A stretch of 26,240 bases of DNA from a virus (Duplodnaviria > Caudoviricetes): positions 1 to 26,240 of the IMG/VR virus record IMGVR_UViG_3300046786_000243; one strand, written 5' to 3'. Below, in pieces: positions 15,949 to 24,145 of this stretch; within the stretch, counting starts at the first letter, position 1; each line of letters begins with the position of its first letter. The notes beneath the pieces were generated by a model. It did no database searches and was not told the DNA's origin. It saw nothing but the letters and a program-made list of their open reading frames with translations. Position numbers and translations under genes: made by a program.

Positions 15949-18009
15949 ATGACTGTATTTAATGTTAGTAATAGTGGGTGGAAAACTAAGCAATACCCCC
16001 TGTTTATGGGGGAGGACATGTCATTGTATGACAGTGTTAACCTTAACTATAAAAAGATTTTTGATATTTATAAGCAACAAGTATCACAACGATGGACAGA
16101 GAATGAATTTAATCATGAACAATCTCGCCTAGATTTGTTGTCTTGTCCACGAAACATTTACGATGTAATGCTGCTTAACTTGAGTTTCCAGTGGGTATTG
16201 GACAGTGTAGCTTCTCGTGCAATTGCCCCGTTGTTTGCTCCATTCGTGACTAACAGCGAATTGTGGGCAGCGTTGATGGAGAACAGTAACATGGAGTGTC
16301 ACGTAGAAGGTACAGAAGTTCTTACCAGTCAGGGGTGGAAGAATTTTTCACTCGTAACAGCAGAGGATTTGATTGCTCAATGGGACACTGTTACAAAGGA
16401 AGTTTCCTTTGTAAAACCTTCAGCAATTGTTGTTAAGAGCTACAACGGGAAGGTGTTTAAGTTTTCAAATCCACAGAAACACGTTTGTCAAGTAGTTACC
16501 CCAAATCACAGAATGGTACAGTGGTCTGCAAAGAAAAAAGTTCATAGCTTTGTGGAAGCAGAACAGTCTAGTTATTCTTCCTCTACTGATTTTCCTGTAG
16601 CTGGGTATCTAAAAGGTGAAACAGAAATTACACCTTTAGAGCGATTCTATATTGCAGCACAGGCAGATGGGACAGTTAGTGACAGGTATACAGGCGAGAT
16701 ATGCGGGACAATCCCCGTATGGTTTGGATTTTCAAAACTACGAAAAATCAAACGACTTTTTGATATTTGTAAATTAGCAAATCTTGAAATTATTGAACTG
16801 ACGACAGAAACCCCTACAAACCCTGACAAGAAACCTTGCCGAAGGTTTAAAGTAAATCTTCCTCTGAAGGATTTTGTAAACGTAAAACGATTTGATTGGG
16901 TAGACTTCTCTAAAATCAGTTGTCAGTGGTGTGAAGGCTTTCTTAAAGAAGTGGTTGAATGGGATGGTTCAAAACAGAAAAGTGGATGTGTTTACTATTC
17001 AACCACAGTCCCGGAAAATGCAAAGGTAGTACAAGCTATTGCACACTTGGGGGGTTATAAAACACACTACGGTATTCGGACTGACGACAGAAAAGAGTCA
17101 TTTAATGATTCCCATATTGTGTCGTGGGTAAAAGGTGACAAGCGATCAGGTCAAAACATTAACAAAGACGTTGAAGAATACAATGGGAAGGTTTACTGTC
17201 TAACTGTACCAACTGGGGCTTTTCTTGTAAGGTATAACGATTGTGTTAGTGTGTCAGGGAATTGTATCCATGCTCTTTCTTACTCTGAAATTGTACGACA
17301 ATGTGTGTCTAATCCAGAAGAGGTGTTTAAGCTCTCTGTAGAGAATGAGAAAACTATCCAACGTGCTGTTAAAGTTGTCTCTGTCTTTGACGCTTTACAA
17401 AAGGCAGGAGCAGAGTATACACTAGGAATTATTGGCAAGAGTCAAGAAACATACAACACTGTCTTTAAGGGTATGGTGGCATTGTACATCCTAGAGCGTC
17501 TACAATTCATGGCATCTTTTGCAGCTACTTTTGCAGTATGTGAGCAAGGGTACTTTCAGAGTATTGGTAAGAAGGTGCAGAAGATCATGCTGGATGAAAT
17601 TTTCTGTCATTACGCCCTAGACGCTGAAGTATTGAATATTGAAATGCAAACAGAACGTGGTAAGATTGCGATGCAACAGTGCAAACAAGATATTATTGAG
17701 ATGATCGAAGAAGTAGTATCTCAGGAAGAAGCTTGGAGCAATTACTTGTTTGATGAGGGTCGTAGTATTGTAGGATTAAATGAAACACTTCTGAATGAGT
17801 GGGTACACTACAATGCTCAAGCTGTGTATGACGGGCTAGGGCTTACAGGTGAAATTAAATTCAAACGCATTGTAGACAATCCTCTGAAATGGATGGATAA
17901 TTGGATTGATATCGACAAGTTCCAAAATGCCATGCAAGAACTAGATGGTAATAACTATGCGTTAAATGTAGTAACAGATGATTTAGCTGAAGATCAGCTA
18001 GACTTTTAA
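15949..18009 (+). CDS. nrdB: Ribonucleotide reductase beta subunit with intein (364 aa after splicing)
   Basis: AGGAG RBS; RWTENE, LDS, E|CIH..SY (radical Tyr), LERLQFMASF, DEIFCH, QE...NNY. Confidence 0.93.
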   Translation: MTVFNVSNSGWKTKQYPLFMGEDMSLYDSVNLNYKKIFDIYKQQVSQRWTENEFNHEQSRLDLLSCPRNIYDVMLLNLSFQWVLDSVASRAIAPLFAPFVTNSELWAALMENSNMECHVEGTEVLTSQGWKNFSLVTAEDLIAQWDTVTKEVSFVKPSAIVVKSYNGKVFKFSNPQKHVCQVVTPNHRMVQWSAKKKVHSFVEAEQSSYSSSTDFPVAGYLKGETEITPLERFYIAAQADGTVSDRYTGEICGTIPVWFGFSKLRKIKRLFDICKLANLEIIELTTETPTNPDKKPCRRFKVNLPLKDFVNVKRFDWVDFSKISCQWCEGFLKEVVEWDGSKQKSGCVYYSTTVPENAKVVQAIAHLGGYKTHYGIRTDDRKESFNDSHIVSWVKGDKRSGQNINKDVEEYNGKVYCLTVPTGAFLVRYNDCVSVSGNCIHALSYSEIVRQCVSNPEEVFKLSVENEKTIQRAVKVVSVFDALQKAGAEYTLGIIGKSQETYNTVFKGMVALYILERLQFMASFAATFAVCEQGYFQSIGKKVQKIMLDEIFCHYALDAEVLNIEMQTERGKIAMQQCKQDIIEMIEEVVSQEEAWSNYLFDEGRSIVGLNETLLNEWVHYNAQAVYDGLGLTGEIKFKRIVDNPLKWMDNWIDIDKFQNAMQELDGNNYALNVVTDDLAEDQLDF
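16297..17262 (+). mobile_element. Intein, 322 aa, LAGLIDADG-type
   Basis: CHVEGTEVLT, VTPNHRM, IAAQADGT, FLKEVVEWDGS, VYCLTVPTGAFLVR, ending SGN followed by +1 Cys. Confidence 0.93.
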
Positions 18010-18025
18010 TTAACAAGGAGAGAAA

Positions 18026-18289
18026 ATGACTAAAATTTATACACCAGAGCAACAAGATTTTATCCGTGAAGCTCGTACAGAATACTGTGAGTTTGCTCGT
18101 AAGATTGATGCTGCTAAAGAGGAACATAAAGCAATCTTTGAAGCACTAATTGATCGTCTAGGTCTTGATACTAAAGAGCAGAAAGAAGATATTAAATCTC
18201 TTAAGAGTGGCTTCTCTATCTACTACAAAGACAGTAAAGATGAAGTAGAACGCACTACTCAAGGTGCTATTGAGATTGCGGGGCTATAA
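18026..18289 (+). CDS. Small helical protein resembling T4 DsbA / GapR-type dsDNA-binding proteins
   Basis: AAGGAG RBS. KI....E..K.I.....D.LG.D.K...YYKDSKD..E..T is similar by eye to T4 DsbA. Confidence 0.55.
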   Translation: MTKIYTPEQQDFIREARTEYCEFARKIDAAKEEHKAIFEALIDRLGLDTKEQKEDIKSLKSGFSIYYKDSKDEVERTTQGAIEIAGL

Positions 18290-18552
18290 TGGCTAAAGCT
18301 CCAGCACTATCTACACAACTTAAAGCAGCTAATGAGAAAATTACTGCACTAGAGACGCAACTTGCAGGTGTTACTAAAACAAAAGACTTGTACCTTGGCT
18401 ATTATCAAGGTGCTAAAGATGTAGTCGAAGAAGTGCATATTCTGTTAGACACTCTTCCTAACACTGTTAAACGCAGAGGCGAAGGTATGTATGCCGATTA
18501 TAGTCCGATGGTAAGATTAGCTAGTTATTTTGCAAACAACAAAGGAGTTTAA
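18289..18552 (+). CDS. Hypothetical coiled-coil protein, 87 aa
   Basis: TAATG overlap; native codon style. Confidence 0.8.
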   Translation: MAKAPALSTQLKAANEKITALETQLAGVTKTKDLYLGYYQGAKDVVEEVHILLDTLPNTVKRRGEGMYADYSPMVRLASYFANNKGV

Positions 18553-18732
18553 ATGACAACTAAAGTATATGCAGCGCGTACACAAACTGACGTGTACACT
18601 ATTCCTGAAGAAATGAAGGAAGCAGCTCGTAAGCGTTACAGTGAGCAACGAGCTAAACGTCCTCCTAAGCAGAAAGAGGACAAACGTAATAAGCCTGTTG
18701 TACAAGCTCCTGTAGCTAAGAAAAAGAAATAA
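18553..18732 (+). CDS. 59-aa basic protein (MTTKVYAARTQTDVYTIPEEMKEAARKRY...VAKKKK)
   Basis: Not in the ORF track. AAGGAG RBS; ends just before the terminator. Confidence 0.8.
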   Translation: MTTKVYAARTQTDVYTIPEEMKEAARKRYSEQRAKRPPKQKEDKRNKPVVQAPVAKKKK

Positions 18733-18734
18733 GC

Positions 18735-18779
18735 AAAAAAGAAAGCCCCTATCCATTCGGAAGGGGCTTTTGTATTTTT
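18735..18779. terminator. Rho-independent terminator ending the plus-strand arm, probably bidirectional
   Basis: AAAGCCCCT...AGGGGCTTT stem with a T-rich tail downstream and an A-tract upstream. Confidence 0.85.
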
Positions 18780-18834
18780 AAACTGCAATTGACTTTGTGG
18801 ATGTCGAAGCGTTTGCCGTTCCAGTCCAGAAATG

Positions 18835-18856
18835 AAAAAACCCGCCGAAGCGGGTT
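18835..18856 (-). terminator. Rho-independent terminator of the glycoside hydrolase gene
   Basis: Minus strand reads AACCCGC-TTCG-GCGGGTTTTTT (C-UUCG-G tetraloop). Confidence 0.85.
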
Positions 18857-18879
18857 GGGGTGGGTGTTAATGCAACTGG

Positions 18880-20076
18880 CTACACTACCAGTATCGCACC
18901 ATCTCCTCGAATCACCTCAGTTGTACCGTCCATAATCTGCACTGCTGAAATAATGGTTTTACCGGCGAGAAAATCAGATACTCGCATATATGCGTCAATT
19001 ATTTTTTGTTTACCTTTAAAGCCCATATCACCATTATCGTACGAATACCAGAAGTGCGCCTTAATTCCCGAACAGGCCACAGACACGATTTTTCTCTGAA
19101 GAATTTGCAGATGAACTTCATCGGAAAAAGAAGTAGGGAATGGAGATAAAATACCAGACTCCGTATCCCATATTTCAAGTGCGCCATACCCTGCTGCACT
19201 AACTACATTTTTTATGCGTTGTACCATCTGATAAATAGGGAACACCATTGCATTTCTGTAGAGATGTACCCCGATAATATCTATCCAATTCAGCATTGTT
19301 CCTGTGGCGGCTGTATCCTGCTGAGTTAGCATTGCGGTCAGGTAGACTTCGCCAGATGATCCTGCATTTTCAGTGAACGACGTAATTGCTGGGCATATGA
19401 CTTTTACCGTCGGGGTCACTGCCTTAACCGCCTGACTTACTGTTTTCACCATGTCACACAGTTTTGCTCTCGTACCCGTATAAAACCCTGTCAAGTTAGG
19501 TTCATTCCAGACTTCATAGAAAGGAATACGAGTACCATATCTGTTAGCAACTGCTGTAACAAAGTTGGCAAGGTCGCTCATATTTGTGGGTTCTGCTGCA
19601 AGCCCGTTAATACCGTAGGCGCTTGCTTCGGCAGGTCTTGAACTTGCCCACGCAGGAGTTCCGAATACGGTGAATACGGGCATTGCTCCCATTGATTCGA
19701 CCTTACTCAACCAGGTATCCACCCTTCCCCAGTCATAGCTGCCTGAGTTGCTTGGTTGTATCTCCTGCCAGCGGATTCCTGCATCATGCCCCCGAACTCG
19801 CGCAGGGCGAAGGTCTGTAGGCCAAGCGGTAGTGTTATTGTAAATGCGGTGAAAGTGCATCCCGAAAAAGTCACTAGGAATCAAGATTGGTGTTTGCACC
19901 ATTTGCACAATACGCTGAGAGGGTGAGGCCAGAACTCTTGCGTCGGGGTTTGTCATATCTTCAGGCGTAATGAAGCAATACGACGTCCCATTGTAGTCAG
20001 CCCCGAGATAACCATCAGGCCAGTATGACGGTTTATATCCGCCCAATCCGTCCGATATAGCTGAAATAGTTGTCAT
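18880..20076 (-). CDS. Clan GH-A glycoside hydrolase, GH39-like (putative polysaccharide depolymerase)
   Basis: FFGMH, RWQEIQP..G.YDW..D, GTPAWAS, YEVWNEPN (acid/base), IGVHLY, IWDTESG (nucleophile), FWY; no signal peptide. Confidence 0.85.
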   Translation of the reverse strand: MTTISAISDGLGGYKPSYWPDGYLGADYNGTSYCFITPEDMTNPDARVLASPSQRIVQMVQTPILIPSDFFGMHFHRIYNNTTAWPTDLRPARVRGHDAGIRWQEIQPSNSGSYDWGRVDTWLSKVESMGAMPVFTVFGTPAWASSRPAEASAYGINGLAAEPTNMSDLANFVTAVANRYGTRIPFYEVWNEPNLTGFYTGTRAKLCDMVKTVSQAVKAVTPTVKVICPAITSFTENAGSSGEVYLTAMLTQQDTAATGTMLNWIDIIGVHLYRNAMVFPIYQMVQRIKNVVSAAGYGALEIWDTESGILSPFPTSFSDEVHLQILQRKIVSVACSGIKAHFWYSYDNGDMGFKGKQKIIDAYMRVSDFLAGKTIISAVQIMDGTTEVIRGDGAILVV

Positions 20077-20756
20077 GGTGCGTAGTGCGCCTTGATGTAA
20101 TAGCCATTCAGTGTAATTGTGTCAGCACCTCCAGATGCTGCTTGGGCAGACCACTTGACCTTGATCGCAACATCAAAGTTTACTCGCGTATCTACTGACA
20201 AGTTGATATTTGGGTTAGCTGTTGATCCAAATGGGGTGGAACCAATGTTGGCACATTTCTGACTCAATTCAGAAGCTGTGTTGAAAACATAATTGGTCCA
20301 ACCGAGACTGGTTTGATTTGAAGGGATCGTTGGTGCAGCAATATTATTACCTCCAACATATACAGAGACGGATTTTGTTAGTGTATTAATGCTTGAAGAT
20401 GCGTTGAGAAATATTTCAAGCCAACCATTAGGGCCGAGCAGTCCCCCCGGTACGGAAAACGTGGCAAGAGTTACGAAATTTGTATCAGTTGCGTCTCCAA
20501 CAGAAGATCGTACAACAGGGCTAAAATTGGCTACGACTAACGCCGCGCCCGGCACTATCACTGCGCCGTCAGATAGTCGGCGCACCCCCCCAGCCGTGAC
20601 GAGCTGGGCCATACCAGCGATCTTCACCTTACCACTGCTGTCCGTTGGTATCTGATCCTGATTTACAAACCCTGTAACACTAGAGCTACCTACGCCAGTA
20701 GCAGCTACAATCTCCCCTAGCTCGTTAACAGGCCATACATTCTGAAAAGTTGTCAT
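20073..20756 (-). CDS. Hypothetical beta-rich protein, probable virion/accessory partner of the hydrolase
   Basis: 227-aa ORF with ATGA overlap onto the GH gene; S/T/G/N-rich. Confidence 0.7.
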   Translation of the reverse strand: MTTFQNVWPVNELGEIVAATGVGSSSVTGFVNQDQIPTDSSGKVKIAGMAQLVTAGGVRRLSDGAVIVPGAALVVANFSPVVRSSVGDATDTNFVTLATFSVPGGLLGPNGWLEIFLNASSSINTLTKSVSVYVGGNNIAAPTIPSNQTSLGWTNYVFNTASELSQKCANIGSTPFGSTANPNINLSVDTRVNFDVAIKVKWSAQAASGGADTITLNGYYIKAHYAP

Positions 20757-20772
20757 TCTATTCTTTCTATTT

Positions 20773-20797
20773 CAGAAAGAGAGGTTTTCACCTCTCA
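20773..20797 (-). terminator. Possible weak terminator/attenuator hairpin
   Basis: Minus strand GAGAGGT-GAAA-ACCTCTC followed by TTTCTG. Confidence 0.5.
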
Positions 20798-20809
20798 ATC
20801 ATTAATTAA

Positions 20810-20847
20810 ACAGTATTCCGCTTACGCTACAGTATTCCGCTTACGCT
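20810..20847. repeat. Perfect 19-bp tandem duplication
   Basis: ACAGTATTCCGCTTACGCT at 20810-20828 and 20829-20847, spanning the stop codon of the 168-aa gene. Confidence 0.95.
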
Positions 20848-21347
20848 GCTGTATCACATTTCACTGTAAGAGTAGCTGTATCATTATTGTAAGCAGCCGC
20901 CCCTGTGTTGATGATACGTTTAATCCAGACAGCTTTATGTTGCCCTGCTGGAATATCACCGATACTCAGAGCAGCCCCCTCAGACGCTGGAGCAGAGAAT
21001 GTAGGGCCACTAGGGGCTGTATTCTCATTAGCTACTGAAGTTTCTGTACCATTGACAGCACTACTCCCTAGAGCAATCTCTACAGAAGTATCTGTAGAAG
21101 GGGTATTACTTGAAATCCAAATTTTTGCAGATTGCATTGTCAACGTACCATGATTGTTGTGTACGTATACACAACGATACTCAGTATCCCCTGTTGCTGC
21201 TTCAGCAGACCCTACAACATCAAATAGATTGTGTAGGCCCGCACCTACTGTGTTAGAACTCTTAGCACCGCCTAGTGAAGCATTTGGATCGCTATTAGCA
21301 GCCCCACCTGAAAGACGGTATTGAATATCTGTTGAAATGATAGGCAT
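20841..21347 (-). CDS. Putative virion structural/accessory protein, 168 aa
   Basis: AAGGA RBS. SLGG...NLFD.V...EA..G.TEYRC.YV.N...AVWIKR is a motif set recalled from phage structural-region proteins. Confidence 0.75.
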   Translation of the reverse strand: MPIISTDIQYRLSGGAANSDPNASLGGAKSSNTVGAGLHNLFDVVGSAEAATGDTEYRCVYVHNNHGTLTMQSAKIWISSNTPSTDTSVEIALGSSAVNGTETSVANENTAPSGPTFSAPASEGAALSIGDIPAGQHKAVWIKRIINTGAAAYNNDTATLTVKCDTAA

Positions 21348-21356
21348 TTTATTTCC

Positions 21357-22940
21357 TTATAGAATAATTGATTTGTCTTGTTTTGAAAGAATAATTGATT
21401 TGTCTTGTTTCTTTACTACAATGGTTTTTGCAATAACAACACTTGAGCCATTTAAAATTGAATATTGTATATTAAGGGAAGTATTAACAACTCCCGCACT
21501 GTTCCAGACAACAGAGAGTTCTTCTGTAGATGTGCCAAGAATAGAACTAATGACATTTAAATCACTTGTAACATTACTTGAAATACTCCACAACAACGAA
21601 GAATTATTCTGAACATTGTTGTGCACGTTCCACTGTAAATCGCTTGTAGCTACACTATTTGTAAGAACATTCCAGTTGCCAGAAAGAGAGTTAAAAATAT
21701 TCTGAAGAACACTATATTCAATGTTTACACTTGACTGTGCAGTAAGTGTATTAGAAAGGATATCCCAATCTATTGTTTTATTTGCTACAGCATTTTGTAA
21801 AATCTGCCAATCCGTTGATAACTGAAGAGATGTACTGTTGTATATGTTCCAATCTACACCTTTGTTTGTAGCAACAGATGTGACAGTGCTCCACTCTAAC
21901 GGCTTGTTAGATATTACATCCACAAGAGAGTTCCACCCTAGAGTCTGTTGACCATTTACAGTAGATAAGGTGCTCCAAGAAAAATCAGCAGGAACATTTA
22001 TAGATACAATAGTATTCCACTGCACACTCTTGTTTTCTGAAACACTGTTGAGTATGTTATAGGATGGAGAACACAAAGACTGACTAGATGTTAATACATT
22101 CCAAGAGCTAGTAGAAGTTTCTTGGGTGGAGTTAAGTAGATTGAAGTTGATATTTATAGATGTGTCAACAGAAGAAACACCACTTGAAACAACATCCAGC
22201 CACAGTCGATCATTGGCCGGGCGCAGTATCTGGTACGGGTTGGCCGACAGTGATCGTATCTCTGCGTCACTAAGTAACCGGTTAAAAACCAGGACAAGCT
22301 CAATGTCCCCACTCAGTGCTTGGGCCTCACCAGTGCCTTGTGTCGCAATTGATAAAAGGTTTGACACCGTTGGCATTGCAGAAATGGCCGTGCCAGTCTT
22401 TGTCCCGGCGACGGGCGAACCATTTAACCATATGCTGCAGGCATCGCCAGATGACTTCCACCCGCCAGCAACAGTAACCCGCCTGCCAGCAGGGGTTGTT
22501 GCTACATCAGCCGCATAGACTCGGTTTGTAGACCCGTCTGTAACTGCTACCAACGGGCGGCGAGACGAGTCGATGGCGAGATAAAATTGCCTGGACCCGG
22601 CGGCCCCCCACACACCGGCCAGTGGTCGTTCCGCACCCGAATTCGTCGTCGATACTGTGAATACGGTAACTTCCCTACCGCCATCCATCGCGGTAATGTG
22701 CGGAACTGTGTACGACTCCATCGCTTGTGCGCCGGAACAGCGCAGCGTGGCACCGAACTGATTTTGGCCCGGAACATTATGCGTGGCGGCCGAGTTGACT
22801 GCCGGAACGCCGGAAACGTGGTCAATACCTGTAGAGGCAAACCACGCTCGCTGCAGACCCCTAGCAATCGGGTTTCCGTGATTGACTTGAACTGCGGACG
22901 ATGGCGGTGTTGATCTGTAATTCGACGAGATCGGCTGCAT
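21357..22940 (-). CDS. Fibre-like protein: N-terminal LamG/ConA-like domain plus 14-residue repeat stalk
   Basis: IWLNG...LSGDIELVLVFNRLLSDAEIRSL is a LamG C-terminal signature, followed by a W/Y-anchored 14-aa periodicity. Confidence 0.8.
   Translation of the reverse strand: MQPISSNYRSTPPSSAVQVNHGNPIARGLQRAWFASTGIDHVSGVPAVNSAATHNVPGQNQFGATLRCSGAQAMESYTVPHITAMDGGREVTVFTVSTTNSGAERPLAGVWGAAGSRQFYLAIDSSRRPLVAVTDGSTNRVYAADVATTPAGRRVTVAGGWKSSGDACSIWLNGSPVAGTKTGTAISAMPTVSNLLSIATQGTGEAQALSGDIELVLVFNRLLSDAEIRSLSANPYQILRPANDRLWLDVVSSGVSSVDTSININFNLLNSTQETSTSSWNVLTSSQSLCSPSYNILNSVSENKSVQWNTIVSINVPADFSWSTLSTVNGQQTLGWNSLVDVISNKPLEWSTVTSVATNKGVDWNIYNSTSLQLSTDWQILQNAVANKTIDWDILSNTLTAQSSVNIEYSVLQNIFNSLSGNWNVLTNSVATSDLQWNVHNNVQNNSSLLWSISSNVTSDLNVISSILGTSTEELSVVWNSAGVVNTSLNIQYSILNGSSVVIAKTIVVKKQDKSIILSKQDKSIIL
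21361..21410. repeat. 23-bp direct repeat with 27-bp period (KQDKSIIL x2)
   Basis: AGAATAATTGATTTGTCTTGTTT at 21361-21383 and 21388-21410. Confidence 0.95.
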
Positions 22941-23396
22941 TTACGCCACCGTCGCACTGATCTCGCTGTAGTACACGCTGTTGCCGGATGCTGCCAGCGC
23001 CGCGCCGGAATCGTTTTTAATGATGATCTTGCTCGCATACGGCAGCGTGCCGCCGAGCGCCGCAGCCAATGAAAACGTCTTGGTCTGCACAGCCGAACTG
23101 GTGTTGAGCGGAACTGTGCCGACGTAGTACAAATCGGGTTCGTCGGTCGTTGTTGTACCGCTCTCTGGGCCTGTACTGTAGTTCGTGCCGTCCAACGACA
23201 CTTTTGCAAACACGACCAGCTGCTTGTTGCCGCTGACTGTGCCCGGTGTGGCCGTTACCTCGACCAGCACATCCAGCGGCTGGTTTGTGCTATGCGTAAT
23301 CGTGCCTGCACTGACAAATGTGGTCGATGCCAGCGAGTTGAGCGCCGATGTTGTCAGCGCCGTGCGAGTCCCTACAATTTGTTTTATAGTTGCCAT
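22941..23396 (-). CDS. Hypothetical beta-sandwich-like protein, 151 aa, probably structural
   Basis: GGAGG RBS; T/S/A-rich, SLDGTNY motif; GC-rich codon usage. Confidence 0.8.
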   Translation of the reverse strand: MATIKQIVGTRTALTTSALNSLASTTFVSAGTITHSTNQPLDVLVEVTATPGTVSGNKQLVVFAKVSLDGTNYSTGPESGTTTTDEPDLYYVGTVPLNTSSAVQTKTFSLAAALGGTLPYASKIIIKNDSGAALAASGNSVYYSEISATVA

Positions 23397-23397
23397 G

Positions 23398-23859
23398 TTA
23401 TACCTCCATCGCCTTAATTACATCATGCTCTGTTACAATAACGTCACTTCCAAATAACACTTCAGCTCTACTTGCTGGTTGTATAGCCATTGCTTTTACA
23501 CCGTCTACTTCAGCTTGTGTAATACCACCAACCCCTATTAAAGAGGTAAGCATTATTTGTGTGGCTGGCTCCCCTACGTCAAGACCTGTCTCTTGTTGTA
23601 GGAATTTCATCGCCCACTTTAAAGCTGGAATATTTGCCGAAAGAGATTCAAGTTTGTCTAGAAACAAAGCTCCTTGAGTTGGGCCAATTCCGTAGCTTGC
23701 CATAATCCCTCTGGCTGTCACCATTCTAGTCTTAAATGCTTGGAACTTACGTTCATTTAGTATGTTTGCTACCCATCCTGTACTATCAGGAAGGAAGGCT
23801 GAGTATCCTTGAGAGAGTGGGTCGTCAACAATCTCTTGTTTCAATAATTGGTAATTCAT
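23398..23859 (-). CDS. Hypothetical protein, 153 aa
   Basis: TAAGGAG RBS; L..EI..DPL..GY N-terminus. Confidence 0.85.
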   Translation of the reverse strand: MNYQLLKQEIVDDPLSQGYSAFLPDSTGWVANILNERKFQAFKTRMVTARGIMASYGIGPTQGALFLDKLESLSANIPALKWAMKFLQQETGLDVGEPATQIMLTSLIGVGGITQAEVDGVKAMAIQPASRAEVLFGSDVIVTEHDVIKAMEV

Positions 23860-23887
23860 TTAATCTCCTTAGGCCAACAGGTCTAAT

Positions 23888-24145
23888 TTATTTAGGCCAA
23901 CTATCCACCAAGGCTTTCTTATCCTTAGCACACTTAGCCCATATTTCTAATGTCTTAATACCCCAAGACTCTAAGTCTCTGTAACTACTTCCTGCTTGTG
24001 GAATCTCAGGAGGAATGATACAATCAATTGTTAGATTTGCTTGTGGCTGAATTATTTGCTGCTGTAATGGCTGCTTCTCTTGCGTCATGAAGAGACTGCA
24101 CCCCGTTAGTGTCAATGACACAATTAGTAGGTAGAGATGGCGCAT
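23888..24145 (-). CDS. o-spanin (Rz1-like lipoprotein)
   Basis: Signal peptide with lipobox LTGC; Pro-rich, C..PP...C..D; overlaps the 3' end of the i-spanin; GGAG RBS. Confidence 0.85.
   Translation of the reverse strand: MRHLYLLIVSLTLTGCSLFMTQEKQPLQQQIIQPQANLTIDCIIPPEIPQAGSSYRDLESWGIKTLEIWAKCAKDKKALVDSWPK

Noticed and set aside
547-18756. Many short minus-strand and off-frame ORFs in the track over the plus-strand arm
   Set aside because: They are antisense or frame shadows of well-supported genes, with no motifs.
20810-21410. CRISPR array, att site or DGR template suggested by the short repeats
   Set aside because: Only two adjacent copies of each repeat, no spacers, and no integrase or reverse transcriptase in the window.
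22126-23457. Long alternative-frame ORFs (22547-23209 -, 22587-22913 +, 22126-22518 +, 23185-23457 +)
   Set aside because: Expected by chance from stop-codon scarcity in the GC-rich island; R/P-rich shadow composition and no evident RBS.
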